Source: Lophium mytilinum
Taxonomy: Eukaryota
Direction of reading: 5' to 3'
Assembly: GCA_010093605.1 (NCBI GenBank)
Contig: MU004198.1
Location: forward strand, 374,726 to 438,725
DNA length: 64,000 nt
Shown here in pieces: positions 23,727 to 36,506 of this stretch. How positions within the stretch are numbered: position 1 is the stretch's first letter; each line of letters opens with the position of its first letter. Made by a program: the position numbers and the translations under genes. The notes below the pieces were generated by a model, which did not search any database, was not told where the DNA came from, and saw nothing but the letters and a program-made list of their open reading frames with translations.

Positions 23727-24086
23727 ATGACGCACCACCACGCTTCCGCCTCCCACTTCGGAGGACACCATACCCACCACGCATCCCATCATCAACCTAG
23801 CCATCATGGGCACCACAGCCACCACGGCAATCAAGGACATCATGCGCACGACAGCTACCATCACAGCCACCACGGGCGCCACCATCACCAAAACCACCCC
23901 ACGACTGTTCTTCCATACCCCATTGTACTTCCGCAATGGCAGCCACCCTCCTCCCCGGCGGTGACCCTTGCAAAGCAGCCTACCAAACCGGCCAAGTACT
24001 GCCCTCGCTGTAACGCCGGTGAGAAGACTGCGGTTTGCAGCTGTCGCCCGCAGAGCCGATGGCGGAGATTTCTGTGTGGGATGTAG
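23727..24086 (+). CDS. Small His-rich protein (119 aa) with a C-terminal CxxC..CxC cluster
   Basis: The ATG is in ACCATG context with an upstream TATA. There are 27 His in the first about 57 aa, then YCPRC...CSC...LCGM. Confidence 0.7.
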   Translation: MTHHHASASHFGGHHTHHASHHQPSHHGHHSHHGNQGHHAHDSYHHSHHGRHHHQNHPTTVLPYPIVLPQWQPPSSPAVTLAKQPTKPAKYCPRCNAGEKTAVCSCRPQSRWRRFLCGM

Positions 24087-24847
24087 GAAAGGATCAAATC
24101 GCGTACGAATGTGCATTAAGTAGTTAGGATCATCTTCAGAGATATATGAAGAAGTGAGAATTTCAGTATCCTTCGGTATCTATTCTGCAGGCGCACCTCA
24201 GCTATAGTTAGATTATCTAATGAAGCTGACATTGCTTCGACCATAGTTTTAAAAGGGATCCAAGGGAACTAAGATTGTGGAAGCGGACAGGTATTTGTGT
24301 TGGAGGAAGGGCCGAAGATTGGGGATAGCGAAGGTTCAGATAAGAAATACGAGTACACAGTGATGTAGTTTGATCAATTCGACGAGGACAGCAAAGTATC
24401 GTCGTACTTGCCATGAACACTTCATCCGTCTCCTGAGCCCGAAGCAACCCTGGGGTCGAAAGCTTGGTTTTCTTTCCATATTCAACATACTCTCGATGCC
24501 GGCAGTCCATGAGTCGAACCATTTGCGGCAGTATCGCGTTTATCCAGTGTCTCTCGTCCAATTACAGCCTCCCGGGATCGGCCATGTACTTTACCCCAAT
24601 AGAATGAAGTGATCTCCATCAATACGTAGCCCCTGAGGACCGTAATATGGACGGAAAGGCACACAGACACGCGCTGCAGCATTCAAAACATAATGGCATA
24701 CTCTATCTGGTGGCGCCGGGAGCTGTGGGGGAGTATGCGGAGAAGGCCAATGGTAATGAATACAAAGGACACCGTAGGGCGAGTAGATTGATCTTGAACG
24801 TGTTTCTCGTGCTCTTAGCTTCTCCTCTTTCTATATTAAACTTCAAA

Positions 24848-25738
24848 ATGATCTTTTCAACTCTGATATCAACCGTCGTCTTGCTCGTTACCCAGGCGGC
24901 GGCCCATGGTGCGGTGATTAGTTATGTTATTGGCGGTACGACGTACCCAGGGTAAGACGCCTCAATATCTCCGCACATCATAGTGGACAATATTGACGCT
25001 GATGCACTTTCAATACAGCTACACCGGCTTCAGCCCCGCCTCCTCCCCCCAGCCATCCAACGCCAATGGCCCGACTACAACCCCACCCCAACTATCACCG
25101 ACGCCAAAGTAAAGTGCAACGGCCGCACCTCCGCCGCCCTTAGTGCCTGCATCGTCGCCGGCTCCACAGTCTAAGCCATCTGGAGCCAGTGGACCCACCA
25201 GCAAGCTCCGGTCATGGTATAGATGTACAAATGCAGCGGCGCCTTCTCCGCGTGCGACGACTCCGGGCAGGGCTGGTTCAAGATCGACCAGATGGGCATG
25301 ACCTCGCCGCCCCTAACCGGAACGTCCTGGGGACCGCGGTCGTGTACAAGGATCCAGCGTGGACGAGCACGATTCCCCCGAGTCTGGCGCCGGGGAATTA
25401 TCTGATTGGGCATGAATTGCTGGCGCTGCATCAGGCGAACACGCCGCAGTTTTATGCGGAGTGTGCGCAGATTGTGGTGACGGGGGGTGGGAGTGCGGCG
25501 CCGAGTGGGAGCTATTTGGCGACGATTCCGGGGTATGCGAGCCAGAATGATCCGGGAATCATGGTGAGTTGATTTGAGATCCCAATTGATGGGGGGGAAG
25601 AGGAGAGTGCAGCTGAGGTAATATAGATCGATATTTACTCGAGTTCTGCGACGACTTACACGCCTCCGGGGCCGGCTGTATGGAAGGGGTGGATATGTTA
25701 TGTACTGGTGGGAGTTGATGCGTTGGACTATACTTAGT
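24848..25738 (+). pseudogene. AA9 (GH61) lytic polysaccharide monooxygenase pseudogene
   Basis: A signal peptide is followed by His1 (AAA|HGAV), then QWPDYNP, WTHQQ and GNYLxxHELLALHQANTPQFYAECAQ. Lesions: TAA at 25172, TAG at 25220 and a 1-nt frameshift near 25330. Introns start at 24952 and 25564. Confidence 0.9.
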
Positions 25739-25842
25739 AGGCATGCATCGTCCCCACGACCAATTCATGTTGAGGTGCGGATTCCGCTCTTAGTGCCGTG
25801 CTCTTGACATTGCTTTGAGCCAAAAACGATGGTAAAATGGGC

Positions 25843-28422
25843 CTAGAGACCCCATTGACCGCCGGCTCCCCATTCAATGTTATCGAAAAAATCGGCCATG
25901 TCCATATTATCAAGCCCATCTAGAGATGGATTTCCCATGAAGCCAAGGTCTAATGTGCTGTGGAATGCAGCGGATGGTTTGGGGTCCAAAATGTCATCTA
26001 TAAGCCGCGTGAAGGTTTTCGCGGCTTTCTTGCAGATTGGATAATTACCGTCCCCGGGTCTCGAGACTGATTCGAGATTCGAAATTAGTACACTTATGCT
26101 TCGGATAATCTCCGAGCGAGTAATCGATGCCGGCAATGATGCTCCCGTGGCTGACTGCTCTTGGAGCGCGGTCACCAGTACGCTGCCACTTGGGATGCCG
26201 AAGGAAAGTACCTGGCGACTAGTTTTAGTCTGCTTTCCCTACGATAGTACCTAGCGAAATAGGACTTACAATGTACGAAAAGTCTTTGAAGTTATCGAAT
26301 ACTCTGTCGCGTGGTTGACCCAATGTCAGAACTGTAGCAAGAAGCTCCATGCTCACACTTAGATAAGCTTGATTCTGAGCAAGCGGCCTCTTGTCCAGAA
26401 GCTTCTGTATAAGGAATTCATTGAACAAGTATGCCAAATGAGCAAGGACGAGCTTGAAACAGACACCCGATGGTACGAGCTCATCATCCCAAGAGCTATG
26501 CTCATAGCGCAAATGTTCCGGAATCGAGTTCCACATTTCATGGCCCCGCCGCGAGATGTTTCTTATAGAATGTCAACTTAGTGCACAAAGACTGCAAGTA
26601 AGGGCACTCACAGCAACGAAGCTTCAGCTGCCTCATCAATGCTTCCGATCGAATGGTCCATAATCTGCTCTCGAAAAGTGCAGATAAGGCACCGAAGCCT
26701 AATCCAAGTAGATTGATGGACACCTCCGTAGGTGTTCCATCCATTGCTATCCAGGCTCCTGCACGCGAGTTCGACTTCTCCAGTGGGTGCAACCAAATCT
26801 TCATCTCGGAGGTCTAATGGTAGCTGTATATCCGTGTGCCTCCAACACAGACGAGGCGGTCGGCCGAGCAAGGTCGAAGAGATTTTATCCATGTAATAGG
26901 TCGCGCAATAAATTCTTCGACGTGATTCTCGCAAGAAGATTGGCATAGAACCGTCCTTGGATTCCCGATGGATTCCTAGGGCATAGATTTCTCCGATCAA
27001 GTCGCCAAATCTTCGCCAGAGCAGAGGATCTTCGTAAAGGTAAGCGATTTAGGCCACTTTCTTCGATAATCCGTAATCTTTCTGGGTCTTTCCACCTGAA
27101 ATCACGCACTGCCAGGAAGAGGAAACATACAGATAACGATCGACGTCTGACCATGTACCGACGTAATCACTGTAAGGAAGCGTACACAACCAACTGAGAG
27201 GCAATTGAGAATATCAAAAAATTCATGAAATTGACTTACTTGTGTCACCGCATATGATGCTGGTTAGTACGGCATTATCGAAATATAACCATAGCAGCAG
27301 ATCATTGACCGGAGCGAGCAATTTACAAAGCTCCACACAAGCACTACTTGCACGAAACATTTCGTTGGCAGTCTGGAACCCGTCCGTCATTTCGTTTGCT
27401 AGGCCAATATAGACGGCACGAGCGGTGATATTCAAAAGAAGGGCAATTGTCTCAAGACGCAGATTTTCCCCTGTGAACATCTCGTGAAATTGGCTTGCTG
27501 TTGGCGGCACCTTCACCTTCTTGATTGTGTTAGCGAGAACGGCTGTGATAAGGTGCGGGTCCGGGGGATTATTCTCAAGACCGAACTCTTCCACGGTGCG
27601 CCTCACGGCAGCCAGCGCATTGAGGATGAAAGGAGATGGGGCCGGAGATATCAAGGCTTGGGCTTTACCGTAGAATGCCACTACTAATCTGTCTATGACA
27701 GGGAAAAAGCGCAAGCAGGTAAGAGCATCTAAAGCTATTTTACTGCGACTCGATTTTGGAATGAATTGTCCCACAAAGCACTCGTGGTCGCACGCAGAGT
27801 CCGATATTCCAGAATCGCTAGGGGTGCGATCAGGTATCGCATGATTATCTAGCGAGAGTATTGCCTCATAGCTCGTAGGGCCTAGGTAGCCTGGTTGATG
27901 GCTTTGGTTGGTGGCCGAATAGGGGCTGTTTTGTCGTTCGGGTGTGAGAACCTGCGCCTGAGTGCTGAGCTCGACACTATTCATTGATTCGTGCTGGGGC
28001 GTTCGCCGTCTGGGTGACCATTAGCATGAACAGCTGAAAGAATCATAGTAATGCCTGGTCTAATCCTGCACATTTCTATGACTGCCAGAGGTAATTTAAT
28101 GACTTCGAATAAATGAGATATAATGGGCTCCTTATGATGCTGTGATGTATCAGAAACAAGAAGGAAAGTCCGATTACCTTGCATTCGCAGACACCCGCGA
28201 AACTCGTGACGCGGCACTCAAACGCTCGTCCCGAGTTCTAGTCAATGGGGCGGGATGATAAAAACATTGGTCCGCAATGCCACGCTGTTGACAGCGATTA
28301 CAAATCGGGGTTCCATGATCGCAACGCGTCTTATTTTTGCGGCAAGGCTCACAAGAAGCAGGTTTGCCATTCTTACGAGGAGGATGCCTGTCAAAGAAGT
28401 TAGAGAGACCTGGAAATGGCAT
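25843..28422 (-). CDS. Zn(II)2Cys6 fungal transcription factor with a middle homology region
   Basis: CEPCRKNKTRCDHGTPICNRCQQRGIADQC cluster; GYLGPTS; ESRRRIYCATYYMDK..LGRPPRL. About 5 exons with GT-AG introns can be joined in frame. Confidence 0.9.
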
Positions 28423-29670
28423 GCAACTGCGATAGCTCCGGGAGTGAAGCCGTACATTGTGGTGTGTGATCGCGACGCGTGGAGTTGGCGGTCTAGGGTG
28501 TGACTACATGGCACGAAATCCATAGGTAGGGCCATTCTGCTGCATGTTTTAGCGATCACTGAGGCGAAACTCGTATTTGTAATAGACGCTCGATTATTGT
28601 AGGTACGAGGGGTTGAAAAAGATGTGTACTTGGGAGCACGCGGTGCGGCTGTGAACGATTTCAGGGTTTCGCTTAGGGGCGCTAAAGCAGATGCGGTTTA
28701 GTGTTGAAGATTGGTGAGAGACCAGAAGATGAATGACCATTGAGGTTGCTGTACAACTAGTATCAAGGACTAGGAAGGAAATAACAGATGTGAGGGATTG
28801 CAGTTTTCCTAGGCTCGAAAACCTCCACCAGCGTACGCGCTTCCAGGTTGTCAAGATTAAGTAGCGAGAAACATCGTACTCATTATTTCACTGTCAGAGT
28901 CCAACTGATCTATCCAGGATAGCAAAAGAGTGCATTAACATCATTACACCATATTGTGGCCCTTGTATATATGGATCTAAGATATCGGTGCATTATCTAA
29001 ATTAGGTTTAAATTGAGCTATCTATCAGCTTTATCTTCGGCTGCTGCTGTGAGAAGCGGACTGTCCAAAGTCGCGTAGTACTATTATCGTTAAGACTAGA
29101 AACAAGCTGGATCAAGTGCTCTAGGAGATTGGATTCTGGAACCCGTTCATGATTTCAGGCTCATATCAACGGGATCTGCAGCAGAGGAGTTTGACATATC
29201 AGCTGCCGCTGCTAGACCATTGTCATTGTCTGGGCTCAGTCTATCTGGCTGTCGTGGATACCTGCTTACGGAATAATTCCGGTACTAACGGAGTGATGAA
29301 GACAGACCTGGCGATTGTATCAAAGCTCCAGCATTTGGTGGTAGATCGTCAGGAAGTTTCCCGCTTGCGGCCGAAAATAAACAGACCACGGGTATTCACA
29401 TCGTTGCATTTTTGTCTCTCCGCAGTAGAGCTTTCTAGTCTCTATCCATCTGAAAGGTTGAGTATGTAGTGTATGAGAGACTGGTCGGTGAGCGACTACG
29501 GAAACTTGCATAACGCCACGACAATTCGAAGCATCCACCCGTACGAATAGCTCTTCTACCTAGCTTAAAGATCGGTCCTACCTGTAGTCTCGTCTTCTTC
29601 TCATCCGTCATCAATCAATTCCAGTTGCGATCGATCTCATTCCTTAAAACGCTCTGTACAAGAAGATATC

Positions 29671-30431
29671 ATGGGAACTCGTGGCATCCTAGGTAGTATT
29701 CCTGACACTTTTCTTCCGTACGAGCTGACGAAAATTCAGGTTTCCGCAAGAAGAATCCTACTGGTAGAGGCGGCTATATCCGCAAGGGAGCATACAACCA
29801 CTTTGACTCCTTCCCAGGCGGCCTAGGCCACCGCATTGCCGCCTTCGTCCTCAATCTCACCCCCGAAGGACGCCAAGCCATGATCGAGCAAGTCGAAGCC
29901 CTCACCTGGGTCACCGACGGTACCAGAAGCGTCGGTCCTGGTTCCAAACCCCGACCCTCCGACGCAGAGATCGAGAAGTACAACGCTCTCGGCTACGCCA
30001 GTGACGACTTCAGCGGCAAGGCGTGGGACTGGGCTCATGGGAAGATCGGCAAAGTCGTTCCGCTCAACCCTCCGCCGACATGCTGGTACGCGCTCCTCCG
30101 CAACCTGCAGAATGGGTTCCTCCTCTTCGAGATTCACAAGGGGGACCTCACGCATATCATTGATGATTCGAGCTGGCGCTTCAATAAACGCTGCGAGTGG
30201 GGATACTTCATTGATTTAGAGGAGGGCGAGCTGGAGACTTGGAAGGACGGGAAGAGGGCCGATGTCGTGAAGTTTGATGACTTGACTGAGAGCTATATGA
30301 TTGAGGAGTTGGAGCCTCGACTCAGGGGTAGCGAAGCGGGTAAGGGTAATGCCACGTTGAACGTCATCGTTGGTGGACAGGTGGTCGGGCTCTTGAGAAT
30401 TGAGACTCGTGCAGGCGAATGTCAGCCGTAG
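29671..30431 (+). CDS. Conserved hypothetical protein (MGTRG...YNHFDS-type N-terminus)
   Basis: Intron 29693-29739 gives MGTRGILGFRKK...AYNHFDSFPGGLG. The C-terminus has CEWGYFIDLE. Confidence 0.75.
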
Positions 30432-30557
30432 ATGGCGGACAGAATAACCTTCGGCTACGGCGATATCGGGGTGGTTTCTAAAGCTCTACGCTGCCATTAA
30501 TAAGTGGAAGCCCACATCCACCATGGCCTAGACAGTTGTACCACTCCTCTGACGATG

Positions 30558-31700
30558 TTATTCCCAGGCAGTGCCCTTTGACATCGGAGTTCTACTTTCA
30601 AGCCACCTTTAATGATTTAGCACGGGACAACATCTTCAAACCCAAGCTACCCAACTCACCTAACGGAGTATTCCAGGAATGGATCCCTCAATTCCGCCCT
30701 CTCATTATGACCAGCATGCAACATGTCCGGCCACGACTTGAATTCTTTGTCTTGTACACCCAGCTTTTCAATAAAGTTACGCGAAGCTTCTGGGCTCGTC
30801 GAAATGTCCTTTTCTCCATGCGAAATCAATATTGGCAAGTTCTCCGGCCAGCTCTTATACCCGTCCGAGAGAATCTTATACCCTTCACAGAGCATGCCGC
30901 TGACGGTCTTGATGAAGATATCGCCGCGAAAGGAAGGGTCTGATTGGATGTTTTCTGCGATTTCCGGGTCACTTGTCAAGTGATCCGTCTTCAAAATTTT
31001 CGTTAAGCGCAGATTAGGGTATATCCAGGTTACGACAGGAGCAATCAAAAGGACTTCAAAGGGAGGTAGCTGAATGAAATGAGCTTGAGTCTTCGAATTG
31101 AGATGTTTTAGGGGTGGGAGTGGTAGCTCTTACGTCCTTTCGTAAAATCCAAGGCGCGCCACATATCACCCCGGATATCATATTACGGACGTCTGGAGAT
31201 TTCTCCCTTTTACTTCGAGGTCGTGTCATCAGCGTGAGAATGATGCCACCTCCCTACATTGACCAATCAGCATATTGTGCCGAGTGCTATCAGAAGCAGC
31301 CGTAGGCTGGGTTCTAACTCACCATGCTATGCCCATACAAATAGATGGGTACAGTTCTCTTCTCAAATCTCTCGTCTAGTCCCTTCCTTTCTGTTCGAAT
31401 AGCATATGCTAGGTCTGCCACTTGCTTTTCCAACGTAGTGTCGCCATACCTTGGCCCTGATCTTCCAAATCCTCGTTGGTCGTACCCGAAGACCTCAATC
31501 CCTTGGGCTGCGAAGCGAGGCCACACATGGTCGTACCGCTCAACGTGCTCCGCAAAGCCGTGGAGGAAAATCACCAAGGCTCGTGGTGGTGAAGGGTCTC
31601 TTGGAATCCACCGTTTCGTGAAAAACCGAACTCCGTCATGCCATGGCACTGATGTTGATTCAGTGTAGGATTTGTCACGGCTTGAAAATTTCTCGCCCAT
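30558..31700 (-). CDS. Alpha/beta-hydrolase of the monoacylglycerol lipase/lysophospholipase family (Hydrolase_4, Yju3-like)
   Basis: Motifs HGFAEH, DQRGFGRS, nucleophile GHSM|GG split by intron 31254-31322, HGEKD and a C-terminal catalytic His region (MLHAGHNE). Three introns. Confidence 0.88.
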
Positions 31701-32291
31701 GTTCAAAACCCAATGAATTGCGCAAACTACGGCGACATGCACAGATCAAGCAGCGGCGTGATGTAGGAAGGTGTGAAGGCAAGAACTGACACCGGTTGGT
31801 GTTCATATTAATGATAAGAGGCTGTAGGTGTGTAGCCTGGGTATGAAACAAGCTAAGCAGCTGCGCCTCCTACGCACTGACGCCGAGGTTGTATTGACAT
31901 GCGTTAAAATGCCTTAAATTACATGACTGGAAAATGGACAGAGAGGAGAGTAAATCTGGACTGTTGGGGTAGTCAAATACTATACCTAGGATCAACACTT
32001 TTAAAATGCCAAGACTTTGCCCTTTCAGACGAATTAGGAGAGCCTGACTTGGGCATGAAGTCTTATAATATGGTAGTGGTATTGCCGCTCATTCTAAAAA
32101 AGTTTACAAGAAAAGTGTCTATACCTGGCACATCGTCGTCATGAGCTTACATCTTACCTACACATCGCCGGAACTCCTTCGCGATGCTCATCCAGGCATT
32201 CCACCCGCTAGCAAAGGAATCCGGCCTGCTATCATCCAGCAGAAGCATCAGTTGCTTCGCCTCGTACACTCCAGCTTTCTCCCGCCCAGCA

Positions 32292-33362
32292 TCAAGCCGT
32301 TTCCCTCCACTTCTCAAGCAATCCCACGCCCCCTGCCACGATCCCAAGCGCCCCGACCAGTGGTTCACTAACCATACCCGCCTCCGTACTCCAGTGCAGC
32401 GTCAACGGCCCCCAGGCCGCATTACTGACCGCATCGCGCCACCACGCCTTATCCTCCTTACTACTCTTCTCCACCTCCTCCTTCTCCGCTTTCCCACTAT
32501 CGACATGCTTCTTGAACAACACCCCCAACCTCACCCCCTCTAACGCCACATGCGCCGCCCAAAACCTACTACTCCACACCCACCACCTCGCCTCCCTCCT
32601 CTTCCCCGCCTCCCCCATCCACCCCGGCGTCACAAGCACCCCCTTACTCGCCAGATACGCCCCATTCTCCAGCACCTGATACGCCGCGCAACTCGCCACC
32701 TGCCCCCACGCCACCGCCCTCAACACCTTCTCCTTTCCGCCCGCTCCCTCCGCCAATTTCGCATTCCACACCCCCTTGCCCCATGTGTATATTCCTAGCA
32801 GCCCCCACAGCCGCACGAAGATCCGGTAGTCGCTGATCACGCTCGCTAGCGCTTTCGACCCCGCCGCGCCGCTTGCGAGGAGTTTCGTGGATGTGGGCGC
32901 TTCGAAGGTCGTTATCAGCGTCTCGCCGGGGAGGAGCACGCCGTCGGCTTTGGTGGCGATTGTTGTCGCGAGAGCGCGTAGACGGCGTTCTAGGAGGTAG
33001 GAGAGGGCGGGGTGGAGGAGAGTGAGGGTGTAGCCGAGCGTGCAGAGGAAGGAGTCAATCCCGCCTGGGGTAGAGAGGAGGCGGGAGAGGCGGGAGAGGG
33101 TTGAGTCGGTGGAGCGGGCGGTTGTGAGGGTAGAAGAGATGGCGAGGTTGCGGAGTTTGGCGAGGCGGGTTGAGGTGGTGGGAGTAGGGCGGAGCTGTGG
33201 GGTGGGCGGTGGAGTTGGCTCTTGTTGCGGAGGTATGGAGTCCTGCGATAGAGGCGCGGGTGCTGGTTCGGTTGGTGATGGTGGGGCGGGTGGTGGAGCT
33301 GTAGTTGGGATTGTTGTCGTGGTTGGAGGCAGGGGGACATCTGGCTCTGGTGTAGCCTCCAT
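32292..33362 (-). CDS. PEX11-family peroxin (Pex11C-like)
   Basis: Motifs LLSTPGGIDSFL, ISDYRIFVRLWGL, YQVLENGAYL, WSSRFWAAHV and NAAWGPLTLHWS, with a C-terminal transmembrane segment. Confidence 0.8.
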   Translation of the reverse strand: MEATPEPDVPLPPTTTTIPTTAPPPAPPSPTEPAPAPLSQDSIPPQQEPTPPPTPQLRPTPTTSTRLAKLRNLAISSTLTTARSTDSTLSRLSRLLSTPGGIDSFLCTLGYTLTLLHPALSYLLERRLRALATTIATKADGVLLPGETLITTFEAPTSTKLLASGAAGSKALASVISDYRIFVRLWGLLGIYTWGKGVWNAKLAEGAGGKEKVLRAVAWGQVASCAAYQVLENGAYLASKGVLVTPGWMGEAGKRREARWWVWSSRFWAAHVALEGVRLGVLFKKHVDSGKAEKEEVEKSSKEDKAWWRDAVSNAAWGPLTLHWSTEAGMVSEPLVGALGIVAGGVGLLEKWRETA

Positions 33363-33922
33363 CGTGAGAAGTTCGTAAAGTAGTATGGAGGAATGGCGGA
33401 GGAGAGTGTGAAGGTAGAATTAGATGGATGGCGTGGTGTTTATCTTTCAGGGTTTAGATAGCCATGCGGCCGAGGTTGATCGGGCTTGGCAAATTCAGGT
33501 CATGAATCACGTGCAAATAAGAATAGGGGACATATCAAATAAGGGTTCCTTTCCGTGTTGTATGATTATAGTTTACCATTATTGATTCCCTAAAGCATAC
33601 CCTGCAGACCGTCCTTTCTGTCTTGCTTAGACGCCGTCAATGTAAATTCAAGAAGCCACCCAGTGTGTGAATCCATGTAACCCCCTTCTGCCCCTCTCCA
33701 ACGCCGCCGCCGATGCAATGCAGATTATAGTTGTACACCTTCTTGTAAAGTACAGCAAAAGAAGATGGACTGACGCAGGTGCTACAGTGCTCTGAGAAAA
33801 AAAAAAAGAGAGAGCAAGCCAGGGGGGGTTTGGAGAGCGGGTAAAGCTCCGTCGCCGCTGCGATACTGTGCAAGGGACACACTGTTGGGAAAGGTACAGT
33901 GTTTGCAAGGCACCGCAGGAAC

Positions 33923-35353
33923 CTATACCTGGGTCATTATTTGCTCTTCGTCTTCGGTAAGGATATCAGGTATGTGCTTTTCCACGGACTCCTCCGTCAA
34001 TGCCACACCGCCGTCCACCTCAACCTCGCTGCCCTCAGACAAGCTGGAATACTCGGAATAGGCATCAGAGCTAGAGGCATCCAGATGGTCATCCTCACTG
34101 ATGTCCGATGTAAAGCCGCTCGTAGTCCTGGAACTTTCCTGCTCGATGACAAGCCGCCTATGACTACGAACTCGCTTGAGCGAACCAAGATCGAAATCGT
34201 CGGTTTCATCCGTCCATCCACCACGGTGTCTACCAGTCCGCGCTAGAGGCAGTGTGATGGTCGACCCATCCGAGGAAGGGTCCCTGCTTGGGCGAAACAG
34301 ACTGTTGAAAGCTTGCATTAGACTGCTACGCAGACTGATCTTCTGGAACTCGCGCTTCAGCTCATTCGAAGGACCAGAGCCGAGTTTATAGAAGTCTCGT
34401 GGGCCTTGCCTCAAGATGTGGAGATCTTCTTGCTCGGAATGAGTGGTCGTGATGGTGTATTGGCTGTCGAAGCTGGCGTAAAACTCTTCGCTGAGTAGTC
34501 GATGTTGTCGAGGGCGTAAACCGATGTTGCGAACAATCTCGGCACTAACAACAGGAAGATCCTTAGCCTCCTCGGTTGTTAGAGGAGGAACCTCGTTGGC
34601 TAAGACAGCCCCGAACGAAATGTAGATGCGATCCTTGTAGAATGGTCGGCAGCTATGGCACACCTTCATCTGACAGGGCGGGGGTATTGTAATAATTCTC
34701 TTGAGAGTTGGGTCTAGCTCGTTGAGACTAGTCGAGGTGGATGGGGCTGGCTGAGGAAGCGGAAAGATCTCGTCCTGGGACTGTTGATTCTCCGTGCTAT
34801 CGTTTGTCATTGGGGGAGGATCGTTCTCAGACGACGGTCGATCAACGCCCGAGTCTTTCCTCTTGTGGCCTTCAGTATTTGTTCCAAGTTCTACCAGTTC
34901 CTTGGTCTGGGGACTTTCGTTTTCGCAGCGAAAGCGGTCTGCAATGGAGACGACCTCGTTGAGGCGAAGCTTCTGGGCTTTGATTCTGTGCAACTGTTCG
35001 ACTGTGTATCCACCCTTCTCGGCATTTTCGACGATTGATTTGCTCACGCCGATGTCTTCAAGGTCGGCACGCGCCAGAGATTCAATGGAGGAGTCGTTCT
35101 TGAGGATGCTATCATTGAACGGGAGGGGTTCCGCCTCTCGTTCGTCCTGGCGGCACATGTAGAGCCAACCAAAGGAGGGGAATCTTCCGCAGGACTGGCA
35201 TTGCTGGTATCCGAAGATGCGGTCCATCTCGATATGGGTACAGTTGACCTTTGTGGCGTGGCGGCGCCCGGTAGGCTTGCGATTCTGCATCGCCGAAGTC
35301 AATGCTTTGCGCAGCTTCTGAGCGTGTTCCGCGAAGTTATCACTTACGCTCAT
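33923..35353 (-). CDS. Conserved ascomycete hypothetical protein with Cys/His clusters
   Basis: 476 aa ORF with CTH..M.R..CQSCGR..GWLYMCRQD and CQMKVCHSCRP, and an acidic tail EVEVDGGVALTEESVE. Confidence 0.8.
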   Translation of the reverse strand: MSVSDNFAEHAQKLRKALTSAMQNRKPTGRRHATKVNCTHIEMDRIFGYQQCQSCGRFPSFGWLYMCRQDEREAEPLPFNDSILKNDSSIESLARADLEDIGVSKSIVENAEKGGYTVEQLHRIKAQKLRLNEVVSIADRFRCENESPQTKELVELGTNTEGHKRKDSGVDRPSSENDPPPMTNDSTENQQSQDEIFPLPQPAPSTSTSLNELDPTLKRIITIPPPCQMKVCHSCRPFYKDRIYISFGAVLANEVPPLTTEEAKDLPVVSAEIVRNIGLRPRQHRLLSEEFYASFDSQYTITTTHSEQEDLHILRQGPRDFYKLGSGPSNELKREFQKISLRSSLMQAFNSLFRPSRDPSSDGSTITLPLARTGRHRGGWTDETDDFDLGSLKRVRSHRRLVIEQESSRTTSGFTSDISEDDHLDASSSDAYSEYSSLSEGSEVEVDGGVALTEESVEKHIPDILTEDEEQIMTQV

Positions 35354-36506
35354 GGCGACTAATGGCCGAGAAGAGGTGGTGGAGCGGCGGGAGACGCAGC
35401 GAGTGTGTGGTCACGGGAGGAAATTTGGAGGTCTTGAGACGGTATGAAGGCGCTAGACGGAGTATACAGAAGGTATTTCTCGTGGGTAGAAGCGAGAGAC
35501 TCCCATTACGGGGCGTATTGGGGCGGGTGCCCTTGAGGGTGAGGCTGTTGTTGTTGTTGTGGAGGAGGTGAAGTTGGAAGGTGATGGCGGGGCCACGATA
35601 TGAAGCTGCAGTGGGAAAGATAGGTGGGTAACGATGGATCCGGGTCGCCGTAATGGCTTGAGAACGACCGTCACATAGGTAGGCCTGGACCAATATTCAC
35701 GGAAAAGAAGAAGTACAGGGCGTACGAAGAGAGTGGAGGGGTTTGAGCCCCGCGCAGGTGAAGAGGAAGCTATGCGCTATGGGCAGGCACGCCGTGGATG
35801 TAGACAGATATGTTCCCAATGAGACTGCTGTGCCTATTTTACCACCTACCATTGCCTTCCAGTTCTATTTGTGAGTCTGCTCAACCCTAGGCTATTCAGA
35901 CCCGCTATTCGCCTCGTGATGTATCCACGGTAGCATGTCTCTCCCCGCGACCAGAATGTTACCACTTACAAAGGCACTGTGTCACCCACACGAGCGGCAG
36001 CCCGTCAAGCAAGGGACTGCCGGCTACTTGAGCTTACCGCGACCTCACGCTTGTCTCGATGTCCATTTTGAAGCCGTCCAGGCCGTGGCGTACGGACCTC
36101 GCCGTCGTGCGCAGCTATCTTGCCGTCCTCTCGCCTTCCGGTTGAGGCGCAAATTCTCACCTTCGTCCCGTGCCAGCCGTCTGCACGAACATTTACATGT
36201 CCATCTCGTAATCTGCACGAAGATTTACAACTCCATCTCATAAGGAACAGCCGCACGCCGCAGTAGGACAGCAATCGTCGAGTCTGCTTTTGGTGTCGTC
36301 GGCGCGTCCCGAGGTCCCCAGAAAAAGCAACCCCTGTCCCGCGCTAACTGTCGTCGTCCTAACGACAACAAACACCTCTCGGCCCTGTCGCCAGCCATCA
36401 CCACCTCCTCCCAGCCCTCCGACACCAAAGCGCAACACAGCAAACACTCTACGCGCGCCCTCCCGACGACTGCGACCTGGCGCCGTGACCCGCACCCGTC
36501 GAAGCC

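Noticed and set aside
24217..24682. Overlapping minus-strand ORFs that might be a frameshifted pseudogene
   Set aside because: The text looks protein-like but is unassignable; tBLASTx would be needed.
25220..25222. A-to-I editing rescuing the LPMO TAG (Trp) codon
   Set aside because: The additional TAA and the frameshift would still inactivate the gene.
23727..31700. Secondary-metabolite cluster or Starship cargo around the Zn2Cys6 transcription factor
   Set aside because: No PKS, NRPS, terpene cyclase or tyrosine-recombinase captain gene is visible anywhere in the window.
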